A stretch of DNA of 64,000 nt from Thermoanaerobaculia bacterium (GTDB lineage Bacteria; Acidobacteriota; Thermoanaerobaculia; UBA5066): assembly GCA_963816185.1 (NCBI GenBank), contig CAWFJJ010000008.1, positions 96,001 to 160,000 on the forward strand, read 5' to 3'. Positions 48,023 through 62,359 of this stretch are shown piece by piece; positions within the stretch are counted from its first letter, which is position 1; the number at the start of each line of letters is the position of its first letter. Both the position numbers and the translations under genes were made by a program. The notes under the pieces are model-generated. The model searched no databases. It was not told where the DNA came from and saw only the letters and a program-made list of their open reading frames with translations.

Positions 48023-48098
48023 GGGCCGCTAGCTCAATTGGCAGAGCAACAGACTCTTAATCTGTGGGTTGTGGGTTCAAGTCCCTCGCGGCTCACCA
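48023..48098 (+). tRNA. tRNA-Lys(CTT)
   Basis: Cloverleaf; anticodon arm ACAGA-CT-CTT-AA-TCTGT; GGTTCAAGTCC; encoded CCA. Confidence 0.96.
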
Positions 48099-48109
48099 TG
48101 GATTTCTCG

Positions 48110-48139
48110 AAGCCGGTCGCACGCGCGGCCGGCTTTTTT
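48110..48139 (+). terminator. Rho-independent terminator after tRNA-Lys
   Basis: AAGCCGGTCGC-ACGC-GCGGCCGGCTT followed by a T-tract. Confidence 0.8.
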
Positions 48140-48145
48140 CTTGGA

Positions 48146-48325
48146 CGAGATCGAGAATGAAGAAGAAGAAGAAAGAGGAGATTCTGAGAATGAGTAAGAG
48201 AAGAGAGGAGATTCGTAGAATGAGCTGGAGAGCGCTGCGCCGGGGCGGGCTCCGGAATGGCGGCGCGTGCGCCGCGGCCACCGGATTTCTCTTCTTCATT
48301 CTAAGAATCTTCTCTTTCTCTCTGT
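48146..48325. repeat. ~30-bp purine-rich tandem repeat plus an inverted copy (core ATTCTNAGAAT)
   Basis: GAGGAGATTCTGAGAATGAG (48175), GAGGAGATTCGTAGAATGAG (48205), a degenerate copy at 48146, and inverted CTTCATTCTAAGAATCTTCTC (~48294). Confidence 0.65.
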
Positions 48326-50409
48326 TTTCCTTCGCGGCGGACGCCTCGGCGGCGTCCGCCGCGCCCGCCGGCCGCCCGATGTCTCTCGACGACCTCCTCA
48401 CGGCGGTGCGCGTGGCGGACCCTCAGGTCTCTCCGGACGGGCGGCAAGTGGCCTTCGTGCGCACGACGACCAATCTCGCCGCCGGGAAGCGCGATGCGGA
48501 TGTCTGGCTCGTGCCCGCCGACGGCTCGGCCCCTCCCCGCCCGCTCACGCGTAACGAGAAGACCGACGACACCCCCCGCTTCTCGCCCGACGGAAAGACC
48601 CTCGCGTTCATCTCCAACCGCGGCGGTACGCCCCAGGTGTATCTCCTCGACCTTTCGGGCGGCGAGCCGCGCAAGCTGACGGACGTCGCGATGGGCGTGC
48701 AGGATCCGCTCGTCTTCTCGCCCGACGGAAAGAAGCTGGCCTTCGTCTCCGACGTGTTTCCGGACTGCGCCGACGAAGCCTGCAACCGGAAACGGCGCGA
48801 AGAGGCCGAGAAAGACCCCGTCAAGGTCCATCACTTGACACGCCTGATGTATCGCCACTGGGACGAGTGGCGGGAGAACGTGCGGCACCACGTCCTCGTG
48901 GCCGACGTGGCGACGGGCGCCGTGACGGACGTGACGCCGGGCGATTTCGACTCGCCCCCGCACGATTACGAGGAGGGCGCCATCGCCTTCTCGCCTGACG
49001 GAACGCAGATCGCGTTCGTCTCGAATCGTGACGGAAACGACCGCGAGGCTTTCACGACGAACAAGGACGTCTTCCTCGTGCCCGCGGCGGGCGGCGCCGC
49101 CGAGAAGCTCACCGTCCAGAACGCCGCAGCGGACTTCAGCCCGGCCTTCACGGGAGACGGCGCGTCGGTTCTCGTGCGCGCGCAGCGGCGGCCGACGTTC
49201 GAGGCGGACCGCTGGTACCTCGATCTCTACGACCGGAAGACGAAGGCGAAAAAGACGCTTTTCGAGAGCCCGGATCTGTCGGTCGACGAGTTCGTCCTCT
49301 CGAAGGACGGCAAGACCGTTTACTTCACGGCCGAAAGAGAGGGAAGAAGAGATCTCTTCGAAGTGTCCCTCGCAGGGGGAACGCCCCGCGAGATCCTGAA
49401 GGGCGGCGACATCGGCTCCCTGAGAGCCGGTCCGGGCTTTCTCGTCTTCACGGAAAGCACGCTGACGGCGCCCGCGGAGATCTTCTCTTTACCATTCGAA
49501 GAAAAATCTCCATCTCCCGGCGCGACAGGCCAGCAGGCGACGACTCCGCGGACCCGCGCGCTGACCGACGAAAACCGTTCCTGGCGGAAGGACGTTTCCT
49601 TCTCCCAGCCGGAAAGTCTCTCCGCAACGGGCGCCGCGGGCGCGCGCGTGCAGTACTGGCTGATCAAGCCGCCGGCGTTCGACGCGGCGAAGAAATATCC
49701 CGTCGTCTTCCTCATCCACGGCGGCCCGCAAGGCGCGTGGGAGGACGGCTGGTCGTTCCGCTGGTGCCCGAGCCTGTGGGCCGCGCAGGGTTGGGTCGTC
49801 GCGCTTCCGAATCCGCGCGGATCCACGGGCTTCGGCCAGAAGTTCGTGGACGAGATCTCCGGCGACTGGGGCGGCAAGGTCATGGTCGACCTGAACGCCG
49901 TCTTCGACGCCGTCGTGAAGCTGCCGTTCGTGGACGCGTCGCGCCAGGGGATCGCGGGAGCCAGCTACGGCGGCTACGCGGTGGACTGGATCCTCGGCCA
50001 CACCGGCCGCTTCAAGGCGGCGGTCACGCACGACGGCGTCTTCAACCTCGAGTCCATGACGACGGCGACCGAGGAGCTGTGGTTCACGGACTGGGATTTC
50101 GGCGGGGCCCCGTGGACGGCGAAGGCGAAGGAGCAGTTCGCGAAGTGGTCGCCGCACCATTACGCCGACAAGATCACGACGCCCACGCTCGTCATCACGA
50201 ACGAGAAGGACTTCCGCGTGCCCGTCGACCAGGGTTTGCAGCTCTTCACCACGCTGCGCCGGCACGGAGTGCCGTCCGAGGCGCTCGTCTTCCCGGACGA
50301 GGGTCACTTCGTCCTGAAGCCCCTGAACAGCAAGCGTTGGCACGAAACCGTGTTCGGATGGATGAAGAAGTGGCTGGAGCGCGGACACGACGTCCCCGGT
50401 CCCCTCTAG
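48220..50409 (+). CDS. S9 family (prolyl oligopeptidase/acylaminoacyl) peptidase with TolB-like propeller
   Basis: SPDG repeats, IHGGP, NPRGSTGFG, GASYGG, D(FRVP), DEGH; start uncertain. Confidence 0.92.
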   Translation: MSWRALRRGGLRNGGACAAATGFLFFILRIFSFSLFSFAADASAASAAPAGRPMSLDDLLTAVRVADPQVSPDGRQVAFVRTTTNLAAGKRDADVWLVPADGSAPPRPLTRNEKTDDTPRFSPDGKTLAFISNRGGTPQVYLLDLSGGEPRKLTDVAMGVQDPLVFSPDGKKLAFVSDVFPDCADEACNRKRREEAEKDPVKVHHLTRLMYRHWDEWRENVRHHVLVADVATGAVTDVTPGDFDSPPHDYEEGAIAFSPDGTQIAFVSNRDGNDREAFTTNKDVFLVPAAGGAAEKLTVQNAAADFSPAFTGDGASVLVRAQRRPTFEADRWYLDLYDRKTKAKKTLFESPDLSVDEFVLSKDGKTVYFTAEREGRRDLFEVSLAGGTPREILKGGDIGSLRAGPGFLVFTESTLTAPAEIFSLPFEEKSPSPGATGQQATTPRTRALTDENRSWRKDVSFSQPESLSATGAAGARVQYWLIKPPAFDAAKKYPVVFLIHGGPQGAWEDGWSFRWCPSLWAAQGWVVALPNPRGSTGFGQKFVDEISGDWGGKVMVDLNAVFDAVVKLPFVDASRQGIAGASYGGYAVDWILGHTGRFKAAVTHDGVFNLESMTTATEELWFTDWDFGGAPWTAKAKEQFAKWSPHHYADKITTPTLVITNEKDFRVPVDQGLQLFTTLRRHGVPSEALVFPDEGHFVLKPLNSKRWHETVFGWMKKWLERGHDVPGPL

Positions 50410-52376
50410 CTCGGACGCCGGCGGAAGCCGGACCATCGCACCCGAGTGCCCTCGAGACGGCCTTCTTCGCCGCGCCCGTCTTTGCCGGCCTGTGGGTCGC
50501 CGCGTGGGTCGAGGGCCTCTCGGCGTTCGGCCTCGTGGGATCCCGGATTGCCTGGGCCGTGTTCTGGGGAGCGACCGCCGCTCTCGCGGCGGCGGGGTTC
50601 ATGGCCGTTCGAAAGGTCGTGCGGGCGGGATCCGTTCGGATGCCGCGGAGCGCCTCGCTCGCTGTGCCAGGCGTCGTCCTCGCCCTGACGTTCGTCGTCG
50701 CGCTCGTCGCGGCCCCGAACAACTGGGACTCGATGATCTACCACAACGCGCGCGTCATGGAGTGGTGGGACCACGGCTCGGTCGCCCCGTGGGACACGCC
50801 GATCGACCGTCAGGTGCGGATGCCGCCGCTCGCGTCCTACTTCAAGCTCGCGCTTCTCGGCCTGACGGGGACCGACGTCCTCTTCAACCTCGTGCAGTGG
50901 GTGTTCTTCGCGTTCTCGATCCTCGCGGCGGCCGCGCTCGCCGCGCGCCTGGTTCCGCCCGGCCGCGCGGGTCCGTGGGCGGCTCTCCTCGTCGCGACGG
51001 TCCCGATGGCGATCCTCCAGAGCACGAGCACGCAGAACGACGTCGTCGTGGCCGGCTACCTCCTCGCCGCCGTGTTCTTCTTGTCCCGCGCCTTCGCCGC
51101 GGACGGCGCGCCCTTCCGAGACCTCGCGCTCGGCGGCGCCGCCGTCGGCGTCGGCCTCGCGACGAAGGGGACGGCCTATCTCCTCGTCACGCCCTTTCTA
51201 GCGGTGGCGGGCGTCGCCGCCCTCGGGCGGATCATGCGCAGGCGGGAGCGGGAGCGCCGGGCGTGGGCCGCCGGACTCGGAGCGGCGGTCGCCCTCGTCA
51301 TCCTCACGAACGTCGGTTTCTGGGCGCGCAACGCGCGGGCCCTCGGCTCCCCCGTCGGCTCGGCTTACGAGGTCGTCCGCCCGTCCTCGTTCCTCGCCCT
51401 CGGCCTCCGGAAGGCGCCCGCCCTCGCGGCCTCGCAGATTCTTCGCTCCACGGTTCTGCAGCTGGGTCAGATCCGGATGGCGGGTGTGTCCGGCAGCACT
51501 CTCATCTCCAGCGCGGCTCGCGTGCACCGTAGGCTCGACATCGGGGTGAACGAGCCGGCCATCTCGGGCAAGTTCCCGTTCTACGAGGACGAGTGGCCGC
51601 TGCTGAACCACGAGGACACCGCGCCGTCGACCGCGACGTTCCTCGTCCTTCTGGGGGCGACGGGTCTCGCTCTCGCGCGGCGGTCTCTCCCCGGCAGGCG
51701 CGCCGTGCTCACCGCCTTCGCCTCAGGCTGGGCGGCCTGGCTCCTCGTCGCCCTCTTCGTTCGCTGGATGCCATGGAACGCACGGCTCCAGCTACCGGCG
51801 CTCGTTCTTCTCGCCGTTCCGGCGGGCGCGGTCGTCGCGGAGGGACTCGGCCGAATCTCGCGCGCCGCCCTCGCGTCCATTCTCGTTCTCCAGGCTCTTC
51901 CGGCGCTGCTCGTCAACCTGAGCCGCCCGCTTCTCGGCGTCTCTCCCTCACCGGAGAATCCGATCTGGCTGAAGAAACTGGTCCCGGAGGGTGTTGAATC
52001 GATCTTCTCGACCTCGCGCTGGCAGGACTACTTCCGCAACCGGCCCGACCTCCAGGTCGAGGTCGAGGACGTGATGCGGGCTGTGGCGCGGCGCTGCGAG
52101 TCGGGCGGCGTCGCACGGCTCGTCCTGGACGATGACGCGTGGGAGTACGCGCTCTGGGCAGGCGCGCGCCGCTTCGCTCCAGGCGTCCGGCTTCGGACTG
52201 GTGTATCGGCGCCAGGGGAGCCCGCGCCTTGCGCGGTCATCACGAGCCGCTGTCCCGGCGCGCTCGCCTTTTGTCTCGACGGACGAGAAGGGGCCCGGGG
52301 GGACGACGGGGGTGGGTCCCCGTCGTCGCCGCGGGTTCCCCCGAACAAGGCAGCCGGAGCAGGTCCCGCTGGATGA
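50370..52376 (+). CDS. GT-C fold membrane glycosyltransferase (ArnT/PMT-like)
   Basis: APNNWDSMIYH..R, QSTSTQND, TKGT, many TM helices; start uncertain. Confidence 0.72.
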   Translation: MAGARTRRPRSPLARTPAEAGPSHPSALETAFFAAPVFAGLWVAAWVEGLSAFGLVGSRIAWAVFWGATAALAAAGFMAVRKVVRAGSVRMPRSASLAVPGVVLALTFVVALVAAPNNWDSMIYHNARVMEWWDHGSVAPWDTPIDRQVRMPPLASYFKLALLGLTGTDVLFNLVQWVFFAFSILAAAALAARLVPPGRAGPWAALLVATVPMAILQSTSTQNDVVVAGYLLAAVFFLSRAFAADGAPFRDLALGGAAVGVGLATKGTAYLLVTPFLAVAGVAALGRIMRRRERERRAWAAGLGAAVALVILTNVGFWARNARALGSPVGSAYEVVRPSSFLALGLRKAPALAASQILRSTVLQLGQIRMAGVSGSTLISSAARVHRRLDIGVNEPAISGKFPFYEDEWPLLNHEDTAPSTATFLVLLGATGLALARRSLPGRRAVLTAFASGWAAWLLVALFVRWMPWNARLQLPALVLLAVPAGAVVAEGLGRISRAALASILVLQALPALLVNLSRPLLGVSPSPENPIWLKKLVPEGVESIFSTSRWQDYFRNRPDLQVEVEDVMRAVARRCESGGVARLVLDDDAWEYALWAGARRFAPGVRLRTGVSAPGEPAPCAVITSRCPGALAFCLDGREGARGDDGGGSPSSPRVPPNKAAGAGPAG

Positions 52377-52437
52377 ACCGAGCCGAGGAGAGGGATCGAC
52401 GCGAACCGCTATGCTAGTTTCGGTTCGGTCCAGTCCG

Positions 52438-52522
52438 GCGGGAGTGGCGGAATCGGCAGACGCGCGGGACTTAGGATCCCGTGGGGCGACCCGTGAGGGT
52501 TCGAGTCCCTCCTCCCGCACCA
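52438..52522 (+). tRNA. tRNA-Leu(TAG)
   Basis: Anticodon arm CGGGA-CT-TAG-GA-TCCCG, long variable arm, GGTTCGAGTCC, CCA; usual position upstream of tig. Confidence 0.96.
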
Positions 52523-52559
52523 GGTCAAAGGCAAGCACAATGCGCGCGGAAGGAACCCG

Positions 52560-53861
52560 ATGATCACGTCGTACGTCGAAGAATCCCCCACGAAGAAAGT
52601 CTTCACCTTCGAGGTGCCTGCGGACGACGTCCGCAAAGCCACCGACCGCACGGTGAAAGCGTTCGTCAAGCACGTTCGCCTTCCGGGCTTCCGGCCCGGG
52701 AAGGTGCCGCCCGAGATGATCAAGAAGCGCTTCGCCGAGGAAGTGAAGAGCGAGGTGCTGGAGCACCTCATTCAGGCCACCGTCGGGGAGGCCCTGCGCG
52801 AAAAGAACCTGGTGCCGCTCGGGCAGCCGAAGGTCGGAGACCTGAAGTTCGGCTTCGAGGAGCCGCTCTCCTTCCGCGTGGACCTCGAGGTGCGCCCCGC
52901 CGTGGAGCCGAAAGACTACCGTGGCCTGAAGGTGCCGGCGGGCAACGCCGTTCCGACCGAGGCGGAGATCGACGGGCTCATCGGGCGGATTCGCGAGGGG
53001 CACGCGACGTTCGAGCCGATCGAGGGCCGGGCCGCGAGAGACGGCGACTTCGCGCTCGTGGACATCAAGGGCTCGTTCCCGAAAGGGGACGGGAAGGACT
53101 TCGAGGCCGAAAAGACGATGGTCGAGGTCGGCGGCGAGCACACGATGCCGGAGCTTTCCGCGCACGTGCGCAACGCGGAGCCCGGAATCACCGTGACGTT
53201 TCAGAAGGACTGGGCGGCCGACGTGCCGGACAAGGACTTCGCGGGAAAGACCGTCCTGTACACGGTGCACCTCGTGGCGCTCAAGACGCGCGTCCTGCCG
53301 GGGCTCGACGACGAGCTCGCGCGCCTCGCGCTGACGCCGCGCGACGGCGAGGCTCCCGAGGGCGCGAACCTCGCGATGCTGCGCGAGAAGGTCGCCGAGT
53401 CGCTGAAACGCGAGAAGGAGCAGGCGGTCCGGGAGACGCGGCGCCGTGCCGTCCTCGACGGCCTCCTCGCCCTCCACGAGATCCCGGCGCCCGAGACGAT
53501 GGTCGAAGCGGAAGTCGATTCCGCGCTCAAGGACTACGCCCGGCACCTCACGCGCGAGGGCGTCGACCTGAAGGACGCGCAGGTCGACTGGAACGCCCTG
53601 CGCAAGGAAGCCCGGCCCTCGGCCGAGCGCCGCGTGAAGGAATACCTGATTCTCGACGCGATCGGCGACAAGGAGAGCCTGACCGTGACGGACACCGAGC
53701 TCGATGCGGAGCTGAAGCGCCGGGCGCAGGCGATGGGCCTGACGTACGGCGACCTCAAGAGCGCACTCGTGAAGGCGGAGCGGCTCGAAGGGATACGCGA
53801 GGAGCTGCGAATCGAACGCGTCCTCGACTTCCTCCTCGCCGAAGCCGCCGTCGCGAGCTGA
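52560..53861 (+). CDS. tig: Trigger factor
   Basis: LPGFRPGKVP ribosome-binding motif; synteny with clpP-clpX. Confidence 0.95.
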   Translation: MITSYVEESPTKKVFTFEVPADDVRKATDRTVKAFVKHVRLPGFRPGKVPPEMIKKRFAEEVKSEVLEHLIQATVGEALREKNLVPLGQPKVGDLKFGFEEPLSFRVDLEVRPAVEPKDYRGLKVPAGNAVPTEAEIDGLIGRIREGHATFEPIEGRAARDGDFALVDIKGSFPKGDGKDFEAEKTMVEVGGEHTMPELSAHVRNAEPGITVTFQKDWAADVPDKDFAGKTVLYTVHLVALKTRVLPGLDDELARLALTPRDGEAPEGANLAMLREKVAESLKREKEQAVRETRRRAVLDGLLALHEIPAPETMVEAEVDSALKDYARHLTREGVDLKDAQVDWNALRKEARPSAERRVKEYLILDAIGDKESLTVTDTELDAELKRRAQAMGLTYGDLKSALVKAERLEGIREELRIERVLDFLLAEAAVAS

Positions 53862-53898
53862 CTCGGACTGGTTACACTAGGGAACGGAGGCGATCCCC

Positions 53899-54498
53899 AT
53901 GCTGATTCCGATGGTCATCGAGCAGACGAACCGGGGCGAACGTGCGTACGACATCTACTCGCGCCTGCTCAAGGACAACGTCATCTTTTTGGGCTCCGCC
54001 ATCAACGACGACGTCGCGAACCTCATCATCGCGCAGATGCTCTTCCTCGAGGCCGAAAACCCCGAGAAGGACATCACGCTCTACATCAACTCCCCGGGCG
54101 GCATCATTTCGGCCGGCCTCGCGATCTACGACACGATGCAGTACGTGAAGCCGGACGTCGCCACGTACTGCCTCGGGCAGGCGGCTTCGATGGGCGCGAT
54201 GCTTCTGGCCGGCGGCGCAAAGGGCAAACGCGCCGCCCTTCCGAACGCGCGCATCCTGATCCACCAGCCGCACGGCGGCGCAGAAGGGCAGGCCTCGGAC
54301 ATCGAGATCCAGGCCCGCGAGATGCTGCGCACGAAGCAGCGCCTCAACGAGATCCTCGCGTACCACACGGGCCAGCCTGTCGAGAAGATCTCGCGAGACA
54401 CGGACCGCGACAACATTTTCGAGCCCGATGCCGCGAAGGAATACGGGCTCATCGACCTCGTCATCCGCCGCCGCGACGACGCCAAGACCGCGGCCTGA
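53899..54498 (+). CDS. clpP: ATP-dependent Clp protease proteolytic subunit
   Basis: [28 protein letters not shown]. Confidence 0.98.
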   Translation: MLIPMVIEQTNRGERAYDIYSRLLKDNVIFLGSAINDDVANLIIAQMLFLEAENPEKDITLYINSPGGIISAGLAIYDTMQYVKPDVATYCLGQAASMGAMLLAGGAKGKRAALPNARILIHQPHGGAEGQASDIEIQAREMLRTKQRLNEILAYHTGQPVEKISRDTDRDNIFEPDAAKEYGLIDLVIRRRDDAKTAA

Positions 54499-54661
54499 CT
54501 GCGGCGAGCGCCGGGTCGTCTGCATCATCCCGGCGGGCCGGACCGATAGGGTAGGCTTGCCTGGCCAGGACGGCGGGAATGAGCCGGGCCCGCAGTTTGT
54601 TCCGTGTGGACGGGAGGCGGTAAGATAATGTCTCAGGACGCCGAGGGGGCCGGGTAAGTCG

Positions 54662-55906
<1,245 letters not shown>

Positions 55907-55927
55907 GCGGGGATTGGGGACCTCCCG

Positions 55928-58351
<2,424 letters not shown>

Positions 58352-58556
58352 CATCCGTTTTGGGGTCTCTTTTCCGGGTCTTCCTTTGCAGTTTTTCTGA
58401 ATGGCCTTTTCTTGGAGCGGCCCGCCTTGGGGGCGCGCGCGGTCGAGCGGACCGCACCCCGTCCTCTCTGATAGACTCTCATTCCGGACGGGGTCCCGTC
58501 CTTCTTTCCTTCTAAGAAAATCTCTCTTCCCCTCCCAGGGGATTTCGAACCTTCCC

Positions 58557-59234
58557 ATGACGACGACGTTGTCCACCGCGAGATCAGGCGCCGGCCTCCG
58601 GTCCGGCAGCGTGCGAGGTCCGCTCGCCGCGGGCGCCGAGGTGCATCTCGTCCTTCCGGCATATCGAGCGGGCGAGCGACCGAAGGGCGATTCCGTGCCC
58701 GCGCTCGCAGTCCTCGGCAGGTCGAACGTGGGAAAGTCCAGCCTCTTGAACTCCCTCCTTGGCACGAAGGTCGCACGGGTCTCGCAGACGCCGGGCCGTA
58801 CGCAGGCGCTCTTCTGGTATCGCGTGGGAGAGAAATTCGACGTCGTGGATTGTCCCGGATACGGATATGCCAAAACGGCGAAAGAGAAGAGAGAGAGCTT
58901 CGAAGGGTTGATCGAAGACCTTCTTCTCGGCTCGCCAGAGGGCGCCCCGGTGAGTGCAGCGCTGCTCCTCATCGACGGCAGGCTCGAGCCGCAAGCCTCG
59001 GACCTTTCCATGTCCCTTTTTCTGAGAAATTCTTCGGTCCCCACGGTCGTCGCCGCGACGAAGTGGGACGCCGTGAAGCCCTCGCAGCGCGTGCGGCAGC
59101 ACCGGACTCTCGCCGCCGCGTTCGGGGCCCCCGATCGCCCCCTCCTGCCTGTCTCGTCCGAGACGGGCGAAAACCTCCCCGAGCTCGCGCGGCTCCTGCG
59201 CACGGCGCTCTCTACCCCCTCACCGAAGGAGTGA
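58557..59234 (+). CDS. engB: Ribosome biogenesis GTPase EngB/YsxC
   Basis: [25 protein letters not shown]. Confidence 0.92.
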   Translation: MTTTLSTARSGAGLRSGSVRGPLAAGAEVHLVLPAYRAGERPKGDSVPALAVLGRSNVGKSSLLNSLLGTKVARVSQTPGRTQALFWYRVGEKFDVVDCPGYGYAKTAKEKRESFEGLIEDLLLGSPEGAPVSAALLLIDGRLEPQASDLSMSLFLRNSSVPTVVAATKWDAVKPSQRVRQHRTLAAAFGAPDRPLLPVSSETGENLPELARLLRTALSTPSPKE

Positions 59235-59238
59235 CTCC

Positions 59239-60597
59239 ATGCCTCGACGCAAAGTCCCCGGCGCCGACTACGCCGTCCGCGACATCGACCCCCGCGATCT
59301 TCCCGCCGACGTCGAGGAGGCGCCCGCCACCCTCTCGGCCGCCGAGCCGGTTCTCGACATCCGCACGCTGCACAACCATTCGATGCCGCAGCTCATCAAG
59401 ATCGCCCAGGACCTCGAGGTCGAGGGCGCGCCTTCCATGCGAAAGCAGGAGCTGATCTTCAAGATCCTGCAGACGCAGACCGAACGCCTCGGCCTCATCT
59501 TCTCCGAGGGCGTCCTCGAGGTGCTGCCGGACGGCTTCGGCTTCCTCCGCGCCCCCGAGTACAACTACCTCGCGGGCCCCGACGACATCTACGTCTCGCC
59601 GTCGCAGATCCGGAAGTTCGGCTTGCGGACGGGGGACACGATCTCCGGCCAGATCCGGCCGCCGAAGGAAGGCGAGCGCTACTTCGCCCTCATCAAGGTC
59701 GAGGCCGTCAACTTCGAGCACCCCGACGTCGCGCGCGAGAAGATCCTCTTCGACAACCTCACCCCGCTCTACCCGCAGGAGCGCATCCACCTCGAGACGC
59801 CGAACCTCTCGTCGCGGGTCCTCGACCTCATCGCACCCGTCGGCAAGGGCCAGCGCGGCCTCATCGTGGCGCCGCCGCGCACCGGCAAGACGATGCTCCT
59901 GCAGGCGCTCGCGAACTCCGTCACGACGAACCACCCGGAGATCACGCTCATCGTCCTGCTCATCGACGAGCGGCCCGAGGAGGTCACGGACATGCAGCGG
60001 TCGGTCAAGGGCGAGGTCATCTCCTCGACCTTCGACGAGCCTGCGACGCGGCACGTCCAGGTCGCCGAGATGGTCATCGAGAAGGCGAAGCGGCTCGTCG
60101 AGCACAAGCGCGACGTCGTGATCCTGCTCGACTCGATCACGCGTCTCGCGCGCGCCTACAACACGACCTGCCCGCCTTCGGGCAAGGTGCTGTCGGGCGG
60201 CGTGGACGCGAACGCTCTCCAGAAGCCGAAGCGCTTCTTCGGAGCGGCCCGCAACATCGAGGAAGGCGGCTCGCTCACGATCATGGCGACGGCCCTCATC
60301 GACACCGGCTCGCGCATGGACGACGTGATCTTCGAGGAGTTCAAGGGGACCGGCAACATGGAGGTCCACCTCGACCGCAAGCTCGTCGACCGCCGCGTCT
60401 TTCCGGCCATCGACCTCAACCGCTCGGGCACGCGCAAGGAAGAGCTTCTCCTCGACAAGCAGGAGCTCAACCGCGTGTGGATTCTCCGCAAGGTTCTCAA
60501 CCCGCTCTCGACGGTGGAGGCGATGGAGCTTCTCCTCGAGCGCCTCGACAAGACGAAGAGCAACGCGGAATTCCTGAGCTCGATGTCCGCGGGGTGA
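59239..60597 (+). CDS. rho: Transcription termination factor Rho
   Basis: [32 protein letters not shown]. Confidence 0.98.
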   Translation: MPRRKVPGADYAVRDIDPRDLPADVEEAPATLSAAEPVLDIRTLHNHSMPQLIKIAQDLEVEGAPSMRKQELIFKILQTQTERLGLIFSEGVLEVLPDGFGFLRAPEYNYLAGPDDIYVSPSQIRKFGLRTGDTISGQIRPPKEGERYFALIKVEAVNFEHPDVAREKILFDNLTPLYPQERIHLETPNLSSRVLDLIAPVGKGQRGLIVAPPRTGKTMLLQALANSVTTNHPEITLIVLLIDERPEEVTDMQRSVKGEVISSTFDEPATRHVQVAEMVIEKAKRLVEHKRDVVILLDSITRLARAYNTTCPPSGKVLSGGVDANALQKPKRFFGAARNIEEGGSLTIMATALIDTGSRMDDVIFEEFKGTGNMEVHLDRKLVDRRVFPAIDLNRSGTRKEELLLDKQELNRVWILRKVLNPLSTVEAMELLLERLDKTKSNAEFLSSMSAG

Positions 60598-60612
60598 GGA
60601 TGGGGCCATTGG

Positions 60613-60633
60613 TGGTACCATTTTCAGTACCAT
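60613..60633 (+). promoter_or_regulatory. Possible Phd/YefM autoregulatory operator
   Basis: Palindrome TGGTACCA plus repeated GTACCAT running into the start codon. Confidence 0.35.
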
Positions 60634-60907
60634 GAGAACCGCCGAAGACATTCGCTCTGTGACGGACATGAAGGTTCACGCCGCCCGGCTGCTGCGAATG
60701 GTCGGAGAGACACGGCGGCCCATCGTCATCACGCAAAGCGGAGAGCCGAAGGGCGTCCTCATGGATTTCGACTCTTTTCAGGAGCTGCGCGAGGCGACTC
60801 TTCTTCTGAAACTGGTCGCCCAGGGTGAGGGAGACGTGCGCGCGGGGCGCGTCGTCCCGCAATCCGACGTCTTTGCGCGCGCGAAGGAGCGACTCCGGCA
60901 GGGATGA
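60632..60907 (+). CDS. Phd/YefM-family antitoxin
   Basis: SVTDMK..AARLL, PIVITQSGEPKGVLM. Confidence 0.88.
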   Translation: MRTAEDIRSVTDMKVHAARLLRMVGETRRPIVITQSGEPKGVLMDFDSFQELREATLLLKLVAQGEGDVRAGRVVPQSDVFARAKERLRQG

Positions 60908-61233
60908 AGCGGCGCGTTGCCGTCGCATGGGCGACGATCGCCGAACAGGATCTCGCCGCGATCCTCGACTTCGTCGCCCGGGGAAGTTCCGGCGGCGCCG
61001 CGAGGCTCCTTCTCCGGCTGGAGCAAAAGGCGTCCTCTCTCGAAACGCTGCCGTTGCGCGGTCGGATCGTTCCCGAGCTGCTGAAGATCCAGGTGCGCGA
61101 ATACCGAGAGCTGCTGGTCGGCCCCTATCGCCTCGTCTACCGCGTGGAGCGCGCCCGCGTCGTGGTCCTCGGGGTCTTCGACGGCCGAAGGAACCTCGAG
61201 GACATCCTCCTCGATCGCCTCGTGAGGGCTTGA
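60904..61233 (+). CDS. RelE/ParE-family toxin
   Basis: AEQDLAAI, P.RGRIVPEL, YRELLV.PYRLVYRV, VFDGRR; ATGA overlap. Confidence 0.88.
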   Translation: MKRRVAVAWATIAEQDLAAILDFVARGSSGGAARLLLRLEQKASSLETLPLRGRIVPELLKIQVREYRELLVGPYRLVYRVERARVVVLGVFDGRRNLEDILLDRLVRA

Positions 61234-61296
61234 AGAGCCTGCGACGGCGACGCGAGAACCGCGGCCGTCAGACGATGACGAATCGCGCTCCGGGCC

Positions 61297-62289
61297 TCAG
61301 GCGTGCAGCTCCACGACGTCCTTGTCCGCGAGGACGTGGTGGCGGTCGACCTGCTGGCCGTCGAACTTCGCGTGGCCCCAGAGCCGCGCGAACCTCAGGC
61401 GCTCGGCAATCTCCTTGTGGACGTGCACGGCGAAGTCGTGGACCGTCGCGCCTTCGGGGAGGACGAACGGCCTCTCGAGGCCGCCCTTCTTTCCGGGCTC
61501 CCTGCCGTAGACGCGGATCCGCTTCAGCTCGCGGAAGAGAACTTCCCGCAGAGCCTCGAGCCCCGCGCCTGTGACGGCGGAGACGGGGAAGAAGGGGAGA
61601 TCCGCTCCGGCCGTCTCCCGGGCGAGCGCCGCGAAGGTGCCGTCGTCCTCCTCGGCTTTGTTGCCGAGGACGAGAACGGGCTTCGGCTGAAGGAAGGGCG
61701 GGGCGTCCGGCGGCAGCGGCCGCGTCCGCGGCCAGACGCGGGCGCGGGCGAGCAGCTCGCGGAGGAGAGAGACGGCCGACGCCGTGTCGTCCGCCGTCAC
61801 GTCGAGGACGACGAGGATGCCGTCGGCTTCGTGCGCGAGGTTCGGGAGATACGGCTCCGTGTGCCCCTCGGCGACCGCGGGCGTGTCGACGAGCTGCACC
61901 TGCACGTCCTCGAACTCCATCATCCCGGGCAGCGGCGCGCGCGTCGTGAACGGATACTCGCCGACCTCCGGGTGCGCGTGCGTGAGGGCCGCGAGGAGCG
62001 ACGACTTGCCCGCGTTCGGCGGCCCGAGGAGGATCCACTGGCCGGCCCCCTCGCGCCTCACGTGACCGATCTCGACCCGGTGTCCCGGCCCGCCGCGCGA
62101 GGGGTGCGCGGCCTCGTCCTCGAGCTTCGAGAGGCGCTTGCGGAGGTCGGCGAGCAGCTTCTCGGTCCCTTTGTGCTTCGGAAGGAGCGCGATCATCTCG
62201 CGCAGCGCGGCGAGCTTCTCCGCGTGGTCCGCCGCGCTCTTGAAGCGCTCTTCGGCGTCGTGGTACTGGGGCGTCAGGTTCGCGGTCAC
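61297..62289 (-). CDS. DRG/Obg-family GTPase with TGS domain
   Basis: ANLTPQY, PKHKGTE, GPPNAGKSS, YPFTT, DTP, IRVY, HVL.DKDVVELH. Confidence 0.88.
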   Translation of the reverse strand: MTANLTPQYHDAEERFKSAADHAEKLAALREMIALLPKHKGTEKLLADLRKRLSKLEDEAAHPSRGGPGHRVEIGHVRREGAGQWILLGPPNAGKSSLLAALTHAHPEVGEYPFTTRAPLPGMMEFEDVQVQLVDTPAVAEGHTEPYLPNLAHEADGILVVLDVTADDTASAVSLLRELLARARVWPRTRPLPPDAPPFLQPKPVLVLGNKAEEDDGTFAALARETAGADLPFFPVSAVTGAGLEALREVLFRELKRIRVYGREPGKKGGLERPFVLPEGATVHDFAVHVHKEIAERLRFARLWGHAKFDGQQVDRHHVLADKDVVELHA

Positions 62290-62359
62290 GTTCCAAGAAT
62301 AGGAGCCGCGCCGTGACGGCGCCAGACCCGTTCGATTAGGATCCGGGAGGGGCCGGCCC

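Noticed and set aside
48146-48234. 30-bp periodic repeat as a mini CRISPR array
   Set aside because: Only two to three degenerate units, intervening segments far too short for spacers, no cas genes.
48023-52522. tRNA-anchored integrated element between tRNA-Lys and tRNA-Leu
   Set aside because: No integrase and no duplicated tRNA 3' end seen.
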